This document shows positions 52,271-61,790 of a stretch of DNA of 64,000 bases, in pieces (position 1 is the stretch's first letter; each line of letters begins with the position of its first letter). The DNA is from Candidatus Poribacteria bacterium (GTDB lineage Bacteria > Poribacteria > WGA-4E > PCPOR2b): contig OZ242326.1 in the NCBI GenBank assembly GCA_965208325.1, forward strand, positions 4,160,001 through 4,224,000. Reading direction: 5' to 3'. A program made the position numbers and the translations under genes. The notes below the pieces were generated by a model that worked only from the letters and a program-made list of their open reading frames with translations, was not told the origin of the DNA and ran no database searches.

Positions 52271-53126
52271 ATATGTGTGAAGGGTGTGGCAATGTTGAAG
52301 AAACCGAGTTTTGAAGAAAAAACACGGTTTGAAGTGTGGGTTGAGATTCGGCGCGTGCGGTTGATGTAAGCGCGGCAAGATGCCGCGCCTACACATCCCA
52401 CCCCGTAGGCGCGGCGTCTCGCCGCGCGTATTTCTTAGGTGCGGCAAATTACGTTGCAAACGGTGGATGTGTGTGAGGGGTGTGGTAATGTTGAAGAAAC
52501 CGAGTTTTGAAGAAAAAACACGGTTTAGAATGCGGGTTGAGATTGGGTGTGTGCGGTTGATGTAAGCGCGGCAAGATGCCGCGCCTACGGGTGGTGTGGG
52601 TTGAGATTCGGTGTGTGCGGTTGAAATGAGCGCGGCAAGATGCCGCGCCTACGGGGGGGTGTGGGTCGAGATTCGGTGTGTGCGGTTGAAATGAGCACGG
52701 CAAGATGCCGCGCCTACGGCGGGGGTGTGGGTTGAGATTCGGTGTGTGCGGGTTGAAATAAGCGCGGCAAGATGCCGCGCCTACGGGGGGGTGTGGGTCG
52801 AGATTCGGCGTGTGCGGTTGAAATGAGCGCGGCAAGATGCCGCGCCTACGGGAGGGTGTGGGTCGAGATTGGGTGTGTGCGGTTGATATGAGCGCGGCAA
52901 GATGCCGCGCCTACGGCGGGGGTGTGGGTTGAGATTCGGTGCGTGCGGTTGACATAAGCGCAGCAAGATGCCGCGCCTACGGCGGGGGTGTGGGTTGAGA
53001 TTCGGTGCGTGCGGTTGAAATAAGCGCGGCAAGATGCCGCGCCTACGGCGGGGGTGTGGGTCGAGATTCGGTGTGTGCGGTTGATGTAAGCGCGGCAAGA
53101 TGCCGCGCCTACGGCGGGGGTGTGGG
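52271..53126. repeat. Continuation of the 194-bp family, then nine 64-67-bp tandem REP units
   Basis: Hairpin module at 52291 and 52487; GCGCGGCAAGATGCCGCGCCTAC (two with one mismatch) at 52566, 52630, 52695, 52762, 52827, 52892, 52958, 53024, 53090. Confidence 0.95.
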
Positions 53127-53249
53127 CGCGGTGAGATGGGGCGGGTACGGTGAAATTTAGATGAAACCGATGCACGGTAAAATACGTGTTAATCATGGAA
53201 TCCATATACGCAGATTGCGGTTGAATGAATAGAGAGAAGGACAGATGTA

Positions 53250-55088
53250 ATGAGAAAGGACGTGCAATCTATTGAGTCGGCTACGCTCCTGTTTGCCGGT
53301 GACTCCGGTGATGGCTCGCAGACGATTGGCACGCAAATGACAGAGGCGTCGGCGATTGCAGGGAACGATGTGGCGACGCTTCCGGACTATCCTGCGGAGA
53401 TTCGCGCACCCGCGGGTTCGCTAGCCGGCGTATCCGGATTCCAACTGCACTTTTCCAGTGAAACCATCCACACCCCCGGCGATACGTGCGATGTTTTGGT
53501 CGCAATGAATCCTGCGGCGTTGAGAGTTAATCTCGATAAGCTCAAGCCCAACGGCATTCTGATTGTCAACACGGACAATTTTGCAGCGCGGAATCTCAAG
53601 TTAGCTGGATACACCGACAACCCCTTAGAAGACGGGTCGCTGGTAAAATACCAAGTTTTTCCTGTGCCGTTAACGCGATTAACACGAGATTCGCTTAAAG
53701 GCACAAGCCTTGCGCACCGAGAGGCTGACCGGTGCAAGAATTTTTTTGCGCTCGGTATGGTGTGCTGGCTTTACAACCGGCAGATGGATAACACCGTCAA
53801 GTTCATCAGAGAGAAGTACCGCAAGAAACCGCAGTATGTTGAAGCCAACACGATTGCATTGAAGGCGGGAAACGTCTATTGTGAAGCGACGGAGCAGTTC
53901 GCGACCTCTTATGAGGTCAAGCCGGCGCATTTTGAGCCGGGCACGTACCGCAATATCGAAGGCAACATGGCGGCAGCCTTTGGGCTGATTGCCGCCTCGC
54001 AACGGTCAGGGCTGCCGCTTGTGTACGGGAGTTACCCCATTACGCCTGCGAGCTCGATTCTCCACGAACTGGCGAAATACAAGAATTTTGGCGTCATCAC
54101 GATGCAGATGGAAGACGAAATCGCAGCCATTGGCGCCGCGATTGGCGCGGCGTTTAGCGGCGCGTTGGGTGCGACCGGCAGCAGCGGGCCCGGGCTTGCG
54201 CTCAAGTCGGAGTCAATTAACCTAGCGGTGATGGCGGAGTTGCCGCTGATCATCTGCAACATTCAGCGGTCGGGCCCCTCGACGGGTATGCCGACGAAGA
54301 CGGAGCAAACGGATTTGCTCCAGATGTTTTACGGACGCAACGGCGAGTCGCCGGTACCGATAATTGCGGCGTCGCGGCCGGCGGATTGCTTTGAAACTAT
54401 CTATGAAGCCGCCCGAATCGCTGTCAAATACATGACGCCCGTGATTTTCATGTCCGAGCTTTACATCGCCTTCGGCGCGGAACCGTGGCGTATCCCGGAG
54501 GTTTCGGAATTGCCGTCGATAACGGTGCATTACGAAACCACCGCCGACGGGTTTCAGCCGTACATGCGCGACGAAAAAACGCTTGCCCGCCCCTGGGCAA
54601 TCCCCGGCACCCCCGGTTTGGAACATCGGATTGGCGGCTTGGAAAAGGCGGACATTTCCGGAAACGTGAGTTATGACCCCGAGAACCATGAGCAAATGTC
54701 GTTGCTCAGGGCGGAAAAGGTGGCTCGTATTGCGGATGACATCCCGCCGACCGAGATATTCGGCGAACCAGAGGGCGAACTGCTTGTATTGGCTTGGGGC
54801 GGGACCTACGGCGCAGTTAGAACCGCGGTCGAACACAAGCTAGCGGAGGGCGCGTCGGTGTCGCACGTGCACCTGCGGTATCTCAATCCGCTGCCGAGCG
54901 ATCTCGGCGGTATTCTCAAGCAGTTTGACAAGGTGCTTATTCCCGAACTCAATTTCGGGCAGCTGCTCAAACTGATTCGCGCGGACTTTTTGATTGACGC
55001 GGTTGGATTGAATAAGGTGCAAGGGTTGCCGTTTTATGTTTTTGAGGTTGAATCTAAAATCCATGAGTTGCTAAGGGGCGATGCATGA
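53250..55088 (+). CDS. 2-oxoacid:ferredoxin oxidoreductase alpha subunit
   Basis: AGDSGDG, YPITPAS, EDEIAA, SGPG, QRSGPSTGMPTK. Confidence 0.95.
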   Translation: MRKDVQSIESATLLFAGDSGDGSQTIGTQMTEASAIAGNDVATLPDYPAEIRAPAGSLAGVSGFQLHFSSETIHTPGDTCDVLVAMNPAALRVNLDKLKPNGILIVNTDNFAARNLKLAGYTDNPLEDGSLVKYQVFPVPLTRLTRDSLKGTSLAHREADRCKNFFALGMVCWLYNRQMDNTVKFIREKYRKKPQYVEANTIALKAGNVYCEATEQFATSYEVKPAHFEPGTYRNIEGNMAAAFGLIAASQRSGLPLVYGSYPITPASSILHELAKYKNFGVITMQMEDEIAAIGAAIGAAFSGALGATGSSGPGLALKSESINLAVMAELPLIICNIQRSGPSTGMPTKTEQTDLLQMFYGRNGESPVPIIAASRPADCFETIYEAARIAVKYMTPVIFMSELYIAFGAEPWRIPEVSELPSITVHYETTADGFQPYMRDEKTLARPWAIPGTPGLEHRIGGLEKADISGNVSYDPENHEQMSLLRAEKVARIADDIPPTEIFGEPEGELLVLAWGGTYGAVRTAVEHKLAEGASVSHVHLRYLNPLPSDLGGILKQFDKVLIPELNFGQLLKLIRADFLIDAVGLNKVQGLPFYVFEVESKIHELLRGDA

Positions 55089-56131
55089 GAAAACGTACTT
55101 CCACTGAGATACCGGTAGCGGTGCCCACGTTAACCAAAAAGAATTTTGAATCGGATCAGGATGTCCGGTGGTGCCCGGGCTGCGGAGATTATTCGATACT
55201 GTCTCAAACGCAGCGAATTCTCCCGGACCTCGGCGTCCCGAAGGAGGATTTTGTGTTCATCTCCGGGATTGGATGTTCGAGCCGGTTTCCGTACTATATG
55301 AACGCGTACGGTTTTCACACGATTCACGGGCGCGCGCCGACGGTTGCGGCTGGCGTCAAGGTCGCCCACCCGGAACTTTCGGTATGGGTGATTACGGGCG
55401 ACGGCGATGCGTTATCGATCGGCGGCAACCACTTTATTCACCTAATGCGGCGCAATTTCGACATCAACGTCCTGTTGTTCAACAACCAGATTTATGGATT
55501 GACGAAGGGGCAGTATTCGCCCACGTCCGAACAGGGGAAGACAACCTTCTCCACGCCGATGGGGTCGCTTGATAACCCGTTCAATCCGATCAGCCTTGCA
55601 TTGGCGTCGGGCGCGACATTTGTCGCCCGCTCGCTGGATAGGGATCCGGAACATTTACGCGGCGTCATCAAGGCGGCGTTTGAACATAAGGGCACGTCGT
55701 TTGTCGAGATTTACCAGAACTGCAACGTGTATAACGACGGCGCGTTTTTCTCCTTTACGGAAAAGGAGACAAAAGCCGAGAACACGGTGTTTTTGGAACA
55801 TGGAGAGCCGCTAGTTTTTGGCAAGGACCGCGACAAGGGTATCCGCCTGAACGAGTTTCAACCGGAGGTTTTTTCCCTCACCGAGGGCAACTATTCGCCC
55901 GATGAGCTCATCAAACACAACCAGTACGCCGAGAATCCAACGCTCGCGTACTTCCTTGCGCGGATGAGCGTGATACCGGATGTGCCGCATCCGATAGGTG
56001 TGTTTCGGAGCATCAAGCACGCCTGCTATGAAGATTTGATGGCGCAGCAGGTTGAGACGGCGAAGCGGCAGCGCGGAGAAGGCGATCTTGAGGCGCTGCT
56101 CAATGAAGCCGATACCTGGCGCGTCGAATAG
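55085..56131 (+). CDS. 2-oxoacid:ferredoxin oxidoreductase beta subunit
   Basis: WCPGCG, SGIGCS, HGRA, GDGD, NNQIYGLTKGQYSPT. Confidence 0.95.
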   Translation: MRKRTSTEIPVAVPTLTKKNFESDQDVRWCPGCGDYSILSQTQRILPDLGVPKEDFVFISGIGCSSRFPYYMNAYGFHTIHGRAPTVAAGVKVAHPELSVWVITGDGDALSIGGNHFIHLMRRNFDINVLLFNNQIYGLTKGQYSPTSEQGKTTFSTPMGSLDNPFNPISLALASGATFVARSLDRDPEHLRGVIKAAFEHKGTSFVEIYQNCNVYNDGAFFSFTEKETKAENTVFLEHGEPLVFGKDRDKGIRLNEFQPEVFSLTEGNYSPDELIKHNQYAENPTLAYFLARMSVIPDVPHPIGVFRSIKHACYEDLMAQQVETAKRQRGEGDLEALLNEADTWRVE

Positions 56132-56229
56132 GGTGCGGCAAGGAACCGCAACGCATTTGTTCGCCCTCAAGATACACGCATGACCGCGCGGGCTATTTGC
56201 TCCCACCCTGAACCGGTAAAATTGTCAAT

Positions 56230-57276
56230 TTGCACATCAAACCATCCCAGATTCTCTTTCCAATCCTCATCATAATCTTAGCGCTGCTCATTAACGCCCT
56301 CATCATGCTTGCGTGCGGTTACCAACCGGCGGCGGCATTTGCCGCACTGTTTCAGGGGGCGCTGGGCGGGCCGAAGCAGGTCACAGAGACGTTTGTCAAG
56401 ACGTGTCCGTTGCTGCTGACCGGGTTGGCTGTTGCGTTTGCGTTTCGCTGCGGCGTGTGGAACATTGGCGCAGAGGGGCAATACCTCGCCGCGGCGCTGG
56501 TTGCGACATGGATTGGGACATCGGTTGTAACCCTGCCCTCAATTTTGCTGATTCCGCTGGTGCTGGCTGCAGGGTTCGCCGCGGGCGGGTTTTGGGCTAC
56601 CATTGCCGGGGTACTCAAGGCGTACCGCGGCGTCGGCGAAGTGATTAGCACCATCATGCTCAATTTTATTGCGATCCAACTGGTGAGCTATTCCGTCGAC
56701 GGCGGGCCGCTGCAGGAGGCGTCGCAATCGTACCAGTGGAGCGATCGGATTGTCTCGAATGCGCTGCTGCCGCATCTCCTGCCGAAATCTTGGATTCCAG
56801 GCAACCGGTTCCACCTGGGCATTCTGATCGCGTTGATATCCGCCTTGTGCTTGTATGTGGTTCTGTTTCAGACTTCGCTGGGTTACCAAATTCGGGCGGT
56901 CGGGAAAAACCAAGTCGCGGCGCGGGCGGCGGGGATTCAGGTTTCCAAGAATATTATCATTGCGATGTTGATTAGCGGCGGGCTGGCGGGGTTGGCGGGC
57001 ACCATTGAGTTGACGGGGTTAAGTCCGCATCGGCTCGACCAGAGCGCTCCGGGTTACGGGTATACGGCAATCGCCGTGGCGTTGCTTGGGCGTTTGCACC
57101 CGATTGGGGTGGTTTTTTCGGCGCTGTTGTTCGGGGTTTTGCAAGCCGGGTCGGAGACGATGAAGTTGGAGGCTCAGGTTCCCACGAAGCTGACGTGGGT
57201 GATTCAAGCCACGGTGTTGTTGCTGGTGTTGGGGGTTAGTATGTATGAGGCGAGACGGGAGAAGATGAGGGAGTGA
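56230..57276 (+). CDS. Nucleoside/sugar ABC transporter permease 1
   Basis: NIGAEGQ, EVISTIMLN, GYGYTAIAVALLG. Confidence 0.9.
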   Translation: MHIKPSQILFPILIIILALLINALIMLACGYQPAAAFAALFQGALGGPKQVTETFVKTCPLLLTGLAVAFAFRCGVWNIGAEGQYLAAALVATWIGTSVVTLPSILLIPLVLAAGFAAGGFWATIAGVLKAYRGVGEVISTIMLNFIAIQLVSYSVDGGPLQEASQSYQWSDRIVSNALLPHLLPKSWIPGNRFHLGILIALISALCLYVVLFQTSLGYQIRAVGKNQVAARAAGIQVSKNIIIAMLISGGLAGLAGTIELTGLSPHRLDQSAPGYGYTAIAVALLGRLHPIGVVFSALLFGVLQAGSETMKLEAQVPTKLTWVIQATVLLLVLGVSMYEARREKMRE

Positions 57277-57308
57277 GTTGGAAGGTAGTGAATTGCGATT
57301 GGCGATGT

Positions 57309-57918
57309 TGTCTGAACTGTGGTTTTTGAGATTAAATGATGGGCTATGATTAAGGGAACGCATGAGCATTCGGACGTTGATAGGGTTGCGGGAGGTTGCC
57401 AAAGCGTTGGGGTTATAAGGGAGGTTTTTGGTACGATTAAGAAACCGAGTTTTGAAGAAAAAACTCGGTTTCAGATAAAGTATTACAAGAGCTGTAGGTG
57501 GTCGTAGGGGCGGGGTTTCCCCGCCCATTGATGAGCCGCATGCGGCGAATTCCCGACCATACAAAAATTATGTGGGAACAAAGGGTTGGGGAACCCAACC
57601 CCTACGAACGATCGCATTTTGAATGTCGTAAGGTTTCGCAGTCCGCCACGTGAAATTGGCCGTTAATTGGTGAAGACCGCTCTACCCAACCTACAAGAGA
57701 TGCTACATTGCGGACGGCACACGGAGTGTGCCTGCTACTTTATCGCGGCTGGAAGCTGCTCCCACAGGGGGAGGGTCGCGAGTCGGAGATCGCTCCTACA
57801 GTGAGATGATTTCTTTTAATTATAGCCTATCATTTAATCAAATAAATCACAGTTCAGACAGTTTTTGAAATTTGAATGCGATGAAGAAACCGAGTTTTGA
57901 AGAAAAAACTCGGTTTCA
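57309..57918. repeat. REP mosaic bounded by ~45-bp inverted modules (57309-57353 / 57816-57860), plus a trailing hairpin
   Basis: TGTCTGAACTGTG...GATTAA module and its reverse complement; internal GTAG REPs. Confidence 0.85.
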
Positions 57919-57974
57919 GATAAAGTAAAGGTCGCCATTCAGAAGCCGCTCCCATAGGGGGTTAGGGGATTGGT

Positions 57975-58910
57975 ATGGTACAGGATATTTTTGAGGCGGC
58001 GGTGCGGCAGGCGACGCCGCTGCTGATTGTGGCGCTCGGCGAGGTTATTGTTCAGCGGTCGGGTGTCATCAATATCGGGCTTGAAGGCCTCATGATTTTC
58101 AGCGCATTTATCGGGTGGCTGGGTTCGTACGCCATACAGAGCGCGTCGCCGGCGCTTGCGCCGTGGGCTGGTATTCTGTTCGCTGGCGCCAGCGGTGTGT
58201 TGCTCGCCGCCTTTTTCGGCATTTTCGCGCTGCGCTTGAAAACCGATCAGATTGTGACCGGCACCGGCATTAACCTGTTGGCGTTCGGACTCGTGGAGGT
58301 GCTGTACCGCCGCATCTTCGGCGCGACGGGCAGGTCGCTCAAGGTGGCTATTTTTGAACCGCTGCATATCCCCGTGTTGTCGGACATACCATTTCTCGGC
58401 GGCATCTTGTTTCAGCACAACATCCTCGTCTACGGCGCCTTTCTGGCGGTGCCTGCGGCCTACTTTTACCTGTTTCACACCTATCCCGGATTGTCGATTC
58501 AGGCGTGCGGCGAACACCCGAGGGCGGCGGATGCCGCCGGTGTCAGCGTGACCCGGCTGCAAGCGAAATGTGTGCTTTTTGGCGGGTTTATGGCGGGCAT
58601 TGCCGGCGGCTATCTCTCGCTGGTCGACGTTCCGTATTTCAGCCCGGAGATGACCGCCGGACGCGGATTTATTGCGCTTGCAATCGTGGTGTTCGGCAAG
58701 TGGCACCCGGTCAAGGCGTGCGGCGCCGCGCTATTGTTTAGTTTATGCAATGCCGTGCTGAATCGGTTTCAGGCGATTCCCGATCTCGGTTTTATTCCCT
58801 ACCAGTTCTTTCTTATGCTGCCCTACATCTTGACGCTTCTGGTGCTTACGGGGTTTGTCGGGCAGGCGAAACAGCCAGCCGCGCTCGCCGTACCGTATGA
58901 GCGAGAATAG
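57975..58910 (+). CDS. Nucleoside/sugar ABC transporter permease 2
   Basis: SGVINIGLEG, GEHPRAADAAG, GRGFIALAIVVFGKW, PAALAVPY. Confidence 0.92.
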   Translation: MVQDIFEAAVRQATPLLIVALGEVIVQRSGVINIGLEGLMIFSAFIGWLGSYAIQSASPALAPWAGILFAGASGVLLAAFFGIFALRLKTDQIVTGTGINLLAFGLVEVLYRRIFGATGRSLKVAIFEPLHIPVLSDIPFLGGILFQHNILVYGAFLAVPAAYFYLFHTYPGLSIQACGEHPRAADAAGVSVTRLQAKCVLFGGFMAGIAGGYLSLVDVPYFSPEMTAGRGFIALAIVVFGKWHPVKACGAALLFSLCNAVLNRFQAIPDLGFIPYQFFLMLPYILTLLVLTGFVGQAKQPAALAVPYERE

Positions 58911-58936
58911 CGTCTCACCGCGCACCTACTTCCATT

Positions 58937-59977
58937 TTACAACGGCAGGTCTACCGATCTGCCCTGTTCAGCCGACTGGTAACAGGCTTGCATGAGTTCA
59001 GTCAGGTTGCGTCCATCCTGTATGGTGATGGTCGTGGGTTCGCCGTGCAATATGGCGTTAAACCACTGCTGCATCGGCGGGGGCGGCGGCGGATGGCTGC
59101 TGGCGGCGTATTCCGCTTTTTCGTCGTCGGACAGGTTGCGCGTCTCGAAGTGGACATTCTCTTGACCGACGGCGATGGAGTGAAGCGTTTCGAAGTGTTT
59201 ATCGCCGTAACCGCTGACGATGGCGCCGTCGGTGCCGTAGAGTTCGAGCATGTTTGGGCCGTGCCGATGCACCCAAGAGACGTCAACGACGCCGAGCGCG
59301 TTGTTCTCAAATTCAATCACGGAGGCGCTGTTGTCGTCGATGGGGTAGGTGCCGCGGTGGTTGTTAATTTTTGCGATAACGCTCTTGGGCGTGCCCATGA
59401 GCCACGGTACAACGTCCATTCGATGGCAGCCGAGGTCAAACAGCGCACCGCCGCCGGCGCGTTTTGCGTCGGCGAACCAGAGGCTCGTGTCTCTGAGCCA
59501 TCCATCGACCGCGGCGGGATGTGCGATACGTCCTCTGCCAAAGGTTAAATCGCCCAGCAGCCCGTCATCGACGGCTCGTTTGGCGAATAGCAGCCCGGCG
59601 TTGCAACGCGACGGCAGCGAAATCATGAATTTAACGCCCGCATTTTCGACAGCGGCGATAATCTCGTCACATTCGTCGACCGTGATTGCCAAGGCTTTTT
59701 CGGTGAAGATGTGTTTGCCAGCCTCCGCCGCGGCAATCATGACGCGCGGGTGTTCCGACGTCGGCGCATTGACGACGACGGCATCCACGTCGTCCAAGTT
59801 TAGGACGGCGTCGAGGTCGGCGTAGAAGGGGGCGTTAAAGTCGCTCGCGGCTTCTCTCCCGCCGTATTCCTCCTCGTCCCACACCGCAACAATTTGGGCG
59901 TCCGGGTTGTTTTGAACATCGTTGGCGTATCCTCTGGCGTGCGTGTGGGCGAAACTCAACATTGCGACGTTGACCAT
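58937..59977 (-). CDS. Gfo/Idh/MocA family oxidoreductase
   Basis: AGKHIFTEKAL, GGGALFDLGCH. Confidence 0.9.
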   Translation of the reverse strand: MVNVAMLSFAHTHARGYANDVQNNPDAQIVAVWDEEEYGGREAASDFNAPFYADLDAVLNLDDVDAVVVNAPTSEHPRVMIAAAEAGKHIFTEKALAITVDECDEIIAAVENAGVKFMISLPSRCNAGLLFAKRAVDDGLLGDLTFGRGRIAHPAAVDGWLRDTSLWFADAKRAGGGALFDLGCHRMDVVPWLMGTPKSVIAKINNHRGTYPIDDNSASVIEFENNALGVVDVSWVHRHGPNMLELYGTDGAIVSGYGDKHFETLHSIAVGQENVHFETRNLSDDEKAEYAASSHPPPPPPMQQWFNAILHGEPTTITIQDGRNLTELMQACYQSAEQGRSVDLPL

Positions 59978-59997
59978 GATTGTGTCTCCTGGTTTTT

Positions 59998-60604
59998 GTA
60001 GGTTGGGTTAAGCGGAGTAAATGAGAGACGCGATAAATGTCGAATGGATATCGGTATTTGAATACGTGTGGTAATTGTTAGAGCGGAGCGAACCCGACGT
60101 TTTTGAGAGGTTTCGGTTGCCGGTTGTCGGGCGGAATGATAAATACGATTTGGAATAGAAGAAACAGAAGGGTTATTGGGAATTCGGGGCGGTATTTGTG
60201 TTTGGTAATCGTTTGGGTTGCCGGAGGTTTTAAAAGCGTTGGGTTTCGCTCGATTCATCGGATTTTGGACGTTGGTCGGTTTACCGCAACGAAATGTAAA
60301 ATTGTATGTCTATTCGTGTTTTCCGCTCTACCCAACCTACGAGAACTACAAGAACTGTAGGTGGCCGTAGGGGCGGGGTTTCCCCGCCCATTGATGAGCC
60401 GCATGCGGCGAATTCCCGACCATACAAAAATTATGTGGGAACAAAGGGTTGGGGAACCCAACCCCTACGAACGACCGGATTTTGAATGTCGTAGGGTTTC
60501 CCAGTATGCCACGTGAAATTGTACGTTAATTGGTGAATTCCGCTCAACCCAACCTACAAGAACTGCTACATTGCGGACGGCACACGGAGTGTGCCTGCTA
60601 CTTT
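59998..60604. repeat. REP mosaic: inverted long-loop REP pair plus a 102-bp REPIN and a GTAGCAGGC hairpin
   Basis: GTAG at 59998 to CTAC at 60340; block 60355-60604 is near-identical to 57492-57741. Confidence 0.9.
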
Positions 60605-60623
60605 GAGGTGAAGCATTTAGGCG

Positions 60624-61655
60624 TTATTCGTACGTGATTGGCACCGATCTGCCAATCCGAGCCGACTCGTAAATGGCGTCGAAAATTTTGGTGGTGAGCA
60701 GCACCTCTTCCGCCGGGACGGGCGACGGCAATCCTTCGCGGATGGCTTTGTGAAAAGATTCAAACTCGCCGGGCGTGTCGGGCGCGAATTCGGGTTTGTA
60801 TTCGACCAGGTGCCCGTCTTTGTCGGTATAGATGCACAATGGGTGGTAGGTTGCGCCTGCCAGGTCGCCCATGAAGAATGTCGTGCCGGTATTTTCGATG
60901 TGAGCCGCCCAGGCGGATTCCAATGTCACGGTTAACCCGTCTTCGAATCGGATGGTGCCCATAGCGAAATCTTCCACATCGTATTTGGCGCGGTCCCAAT
61001 CGACAGGGTTTACGATATCGTGCCGGTGCCCGAATCTCTGGGCGACCGATCCGAAGACTTCAACCGGCTTGGGGCAGCCGATCATCCACAACAGCACATC
61101 AAGTTCGTGCACGCCGATGTCGATGAGCGGCCCGCCCCCGGAAATGGACTTTACCATGAATGTCGGCGAAAGCCCCATGCCGCGGCGGCGCATGGTGACG
61201 GCGCGGGCGTAATAGACATGGCCGAAAAGCCCCTCCTCCCACAGTTTGCGCAGGGTTCTGGCGCCTTTGCCGAAACGGGACTGCAGCCCAATCTGCAGGA
61301 TTTTGCCCGATGCGCGCGCGGCATTGACCATGGCTTGCCCATCTTCAGCGTTCCCAGCGAGCGGCTTCTCGCAGATTACGTGTTTGCCCGCGTTCAGCGC
61401 GGCGATGGTCGGCGCGGCGTGAAAGTTGTTCGGGGTGCAAACGCTGATTGCGTCAATTTCAGGCATCGCAATCAGTTCATGGTAGTCCGTAAAAACATGT
61501 TCAACGTCGTAATCATGAGCGCAATATCTCGCCCGCTCTTCGTCTATGTCGCATACTGCGATGACGGAAACGCCTTCGACTTCTCGGTGGCTCACCAGAT
61601 GTTTCGCTTTCCCGATTGCGCCGGCGCCAACGATGCCAACATTAATTTTTTGCAT
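60624..61655 (-). CDS. Gfo/Idh/MocA family oxidoreductase
   Basis: GIVGAGAIG, AGKHVICEKPL, GGGPLIDIGVH. Confidence 0.93.
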   Translation of the reverse strand: MQKINVGIVGAGAIGKAKHLVSHREVEGVSVIAVCDIDEERARYCAHDYDVEHVFTDYHELIAMPEIDAISVCTPNNFHAAPTIAALNAGKHVICEKPLAGNAEDGQAMVNAARASGKILQIGLQSRFGKGARTLRKLWEEGLFGHVYYARAVTMRRRGMGLSPTFMVKSISGGGPLIDIGVHELDVLLWMIGCPKPVEVFGSVAQRFGHRHDIVNPVDWDRAKYDVEDFAMGTIRFEDGLTVTLESAWAAHIENTGTTFFMGDLAGATYHPLCIYTDKDGHLVEYKPEFAPDTPGEFESFHKAIREGLPSPVPAEEVLLTTKIFDAIYESARIGRSVPITYE

Positions 61656-61710
61656 GGTATTTCTCTGCTCCTTCCGGCTATGGTGCGTCCAGATTGCCTG
61701 TGCAAATCTT

Positions 61711-61730
61711 TGTGGATAATTTGTGGATAA
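61711..61730 (-). promoter_or_regulatory. Pair of perfect DnaA boxes
   Basis: TGTGGATAA at 61711 and 61722 (TTATCCACA on the minus strand). Confidence 0.6.
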
Positions 61731-61790
61731 CTCGCCAAGTGTGTGTGATTAACGCCGCGGCGCGTTAATGCCAGTTGTCCCCATTATACC

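Noticed and set aside
52566..53112. CRISPR array
   Set aside because: Spacers are near-identical to each other, the repeat is a dispersed GTAG REP, and no cas genes are in the window
49439..53205. Many short ORFs in the repeat arrays (also 41690-42618)
   Set aside because: They are translations of non-coding repeats in several frames on both strands, with no RBS or domain signal
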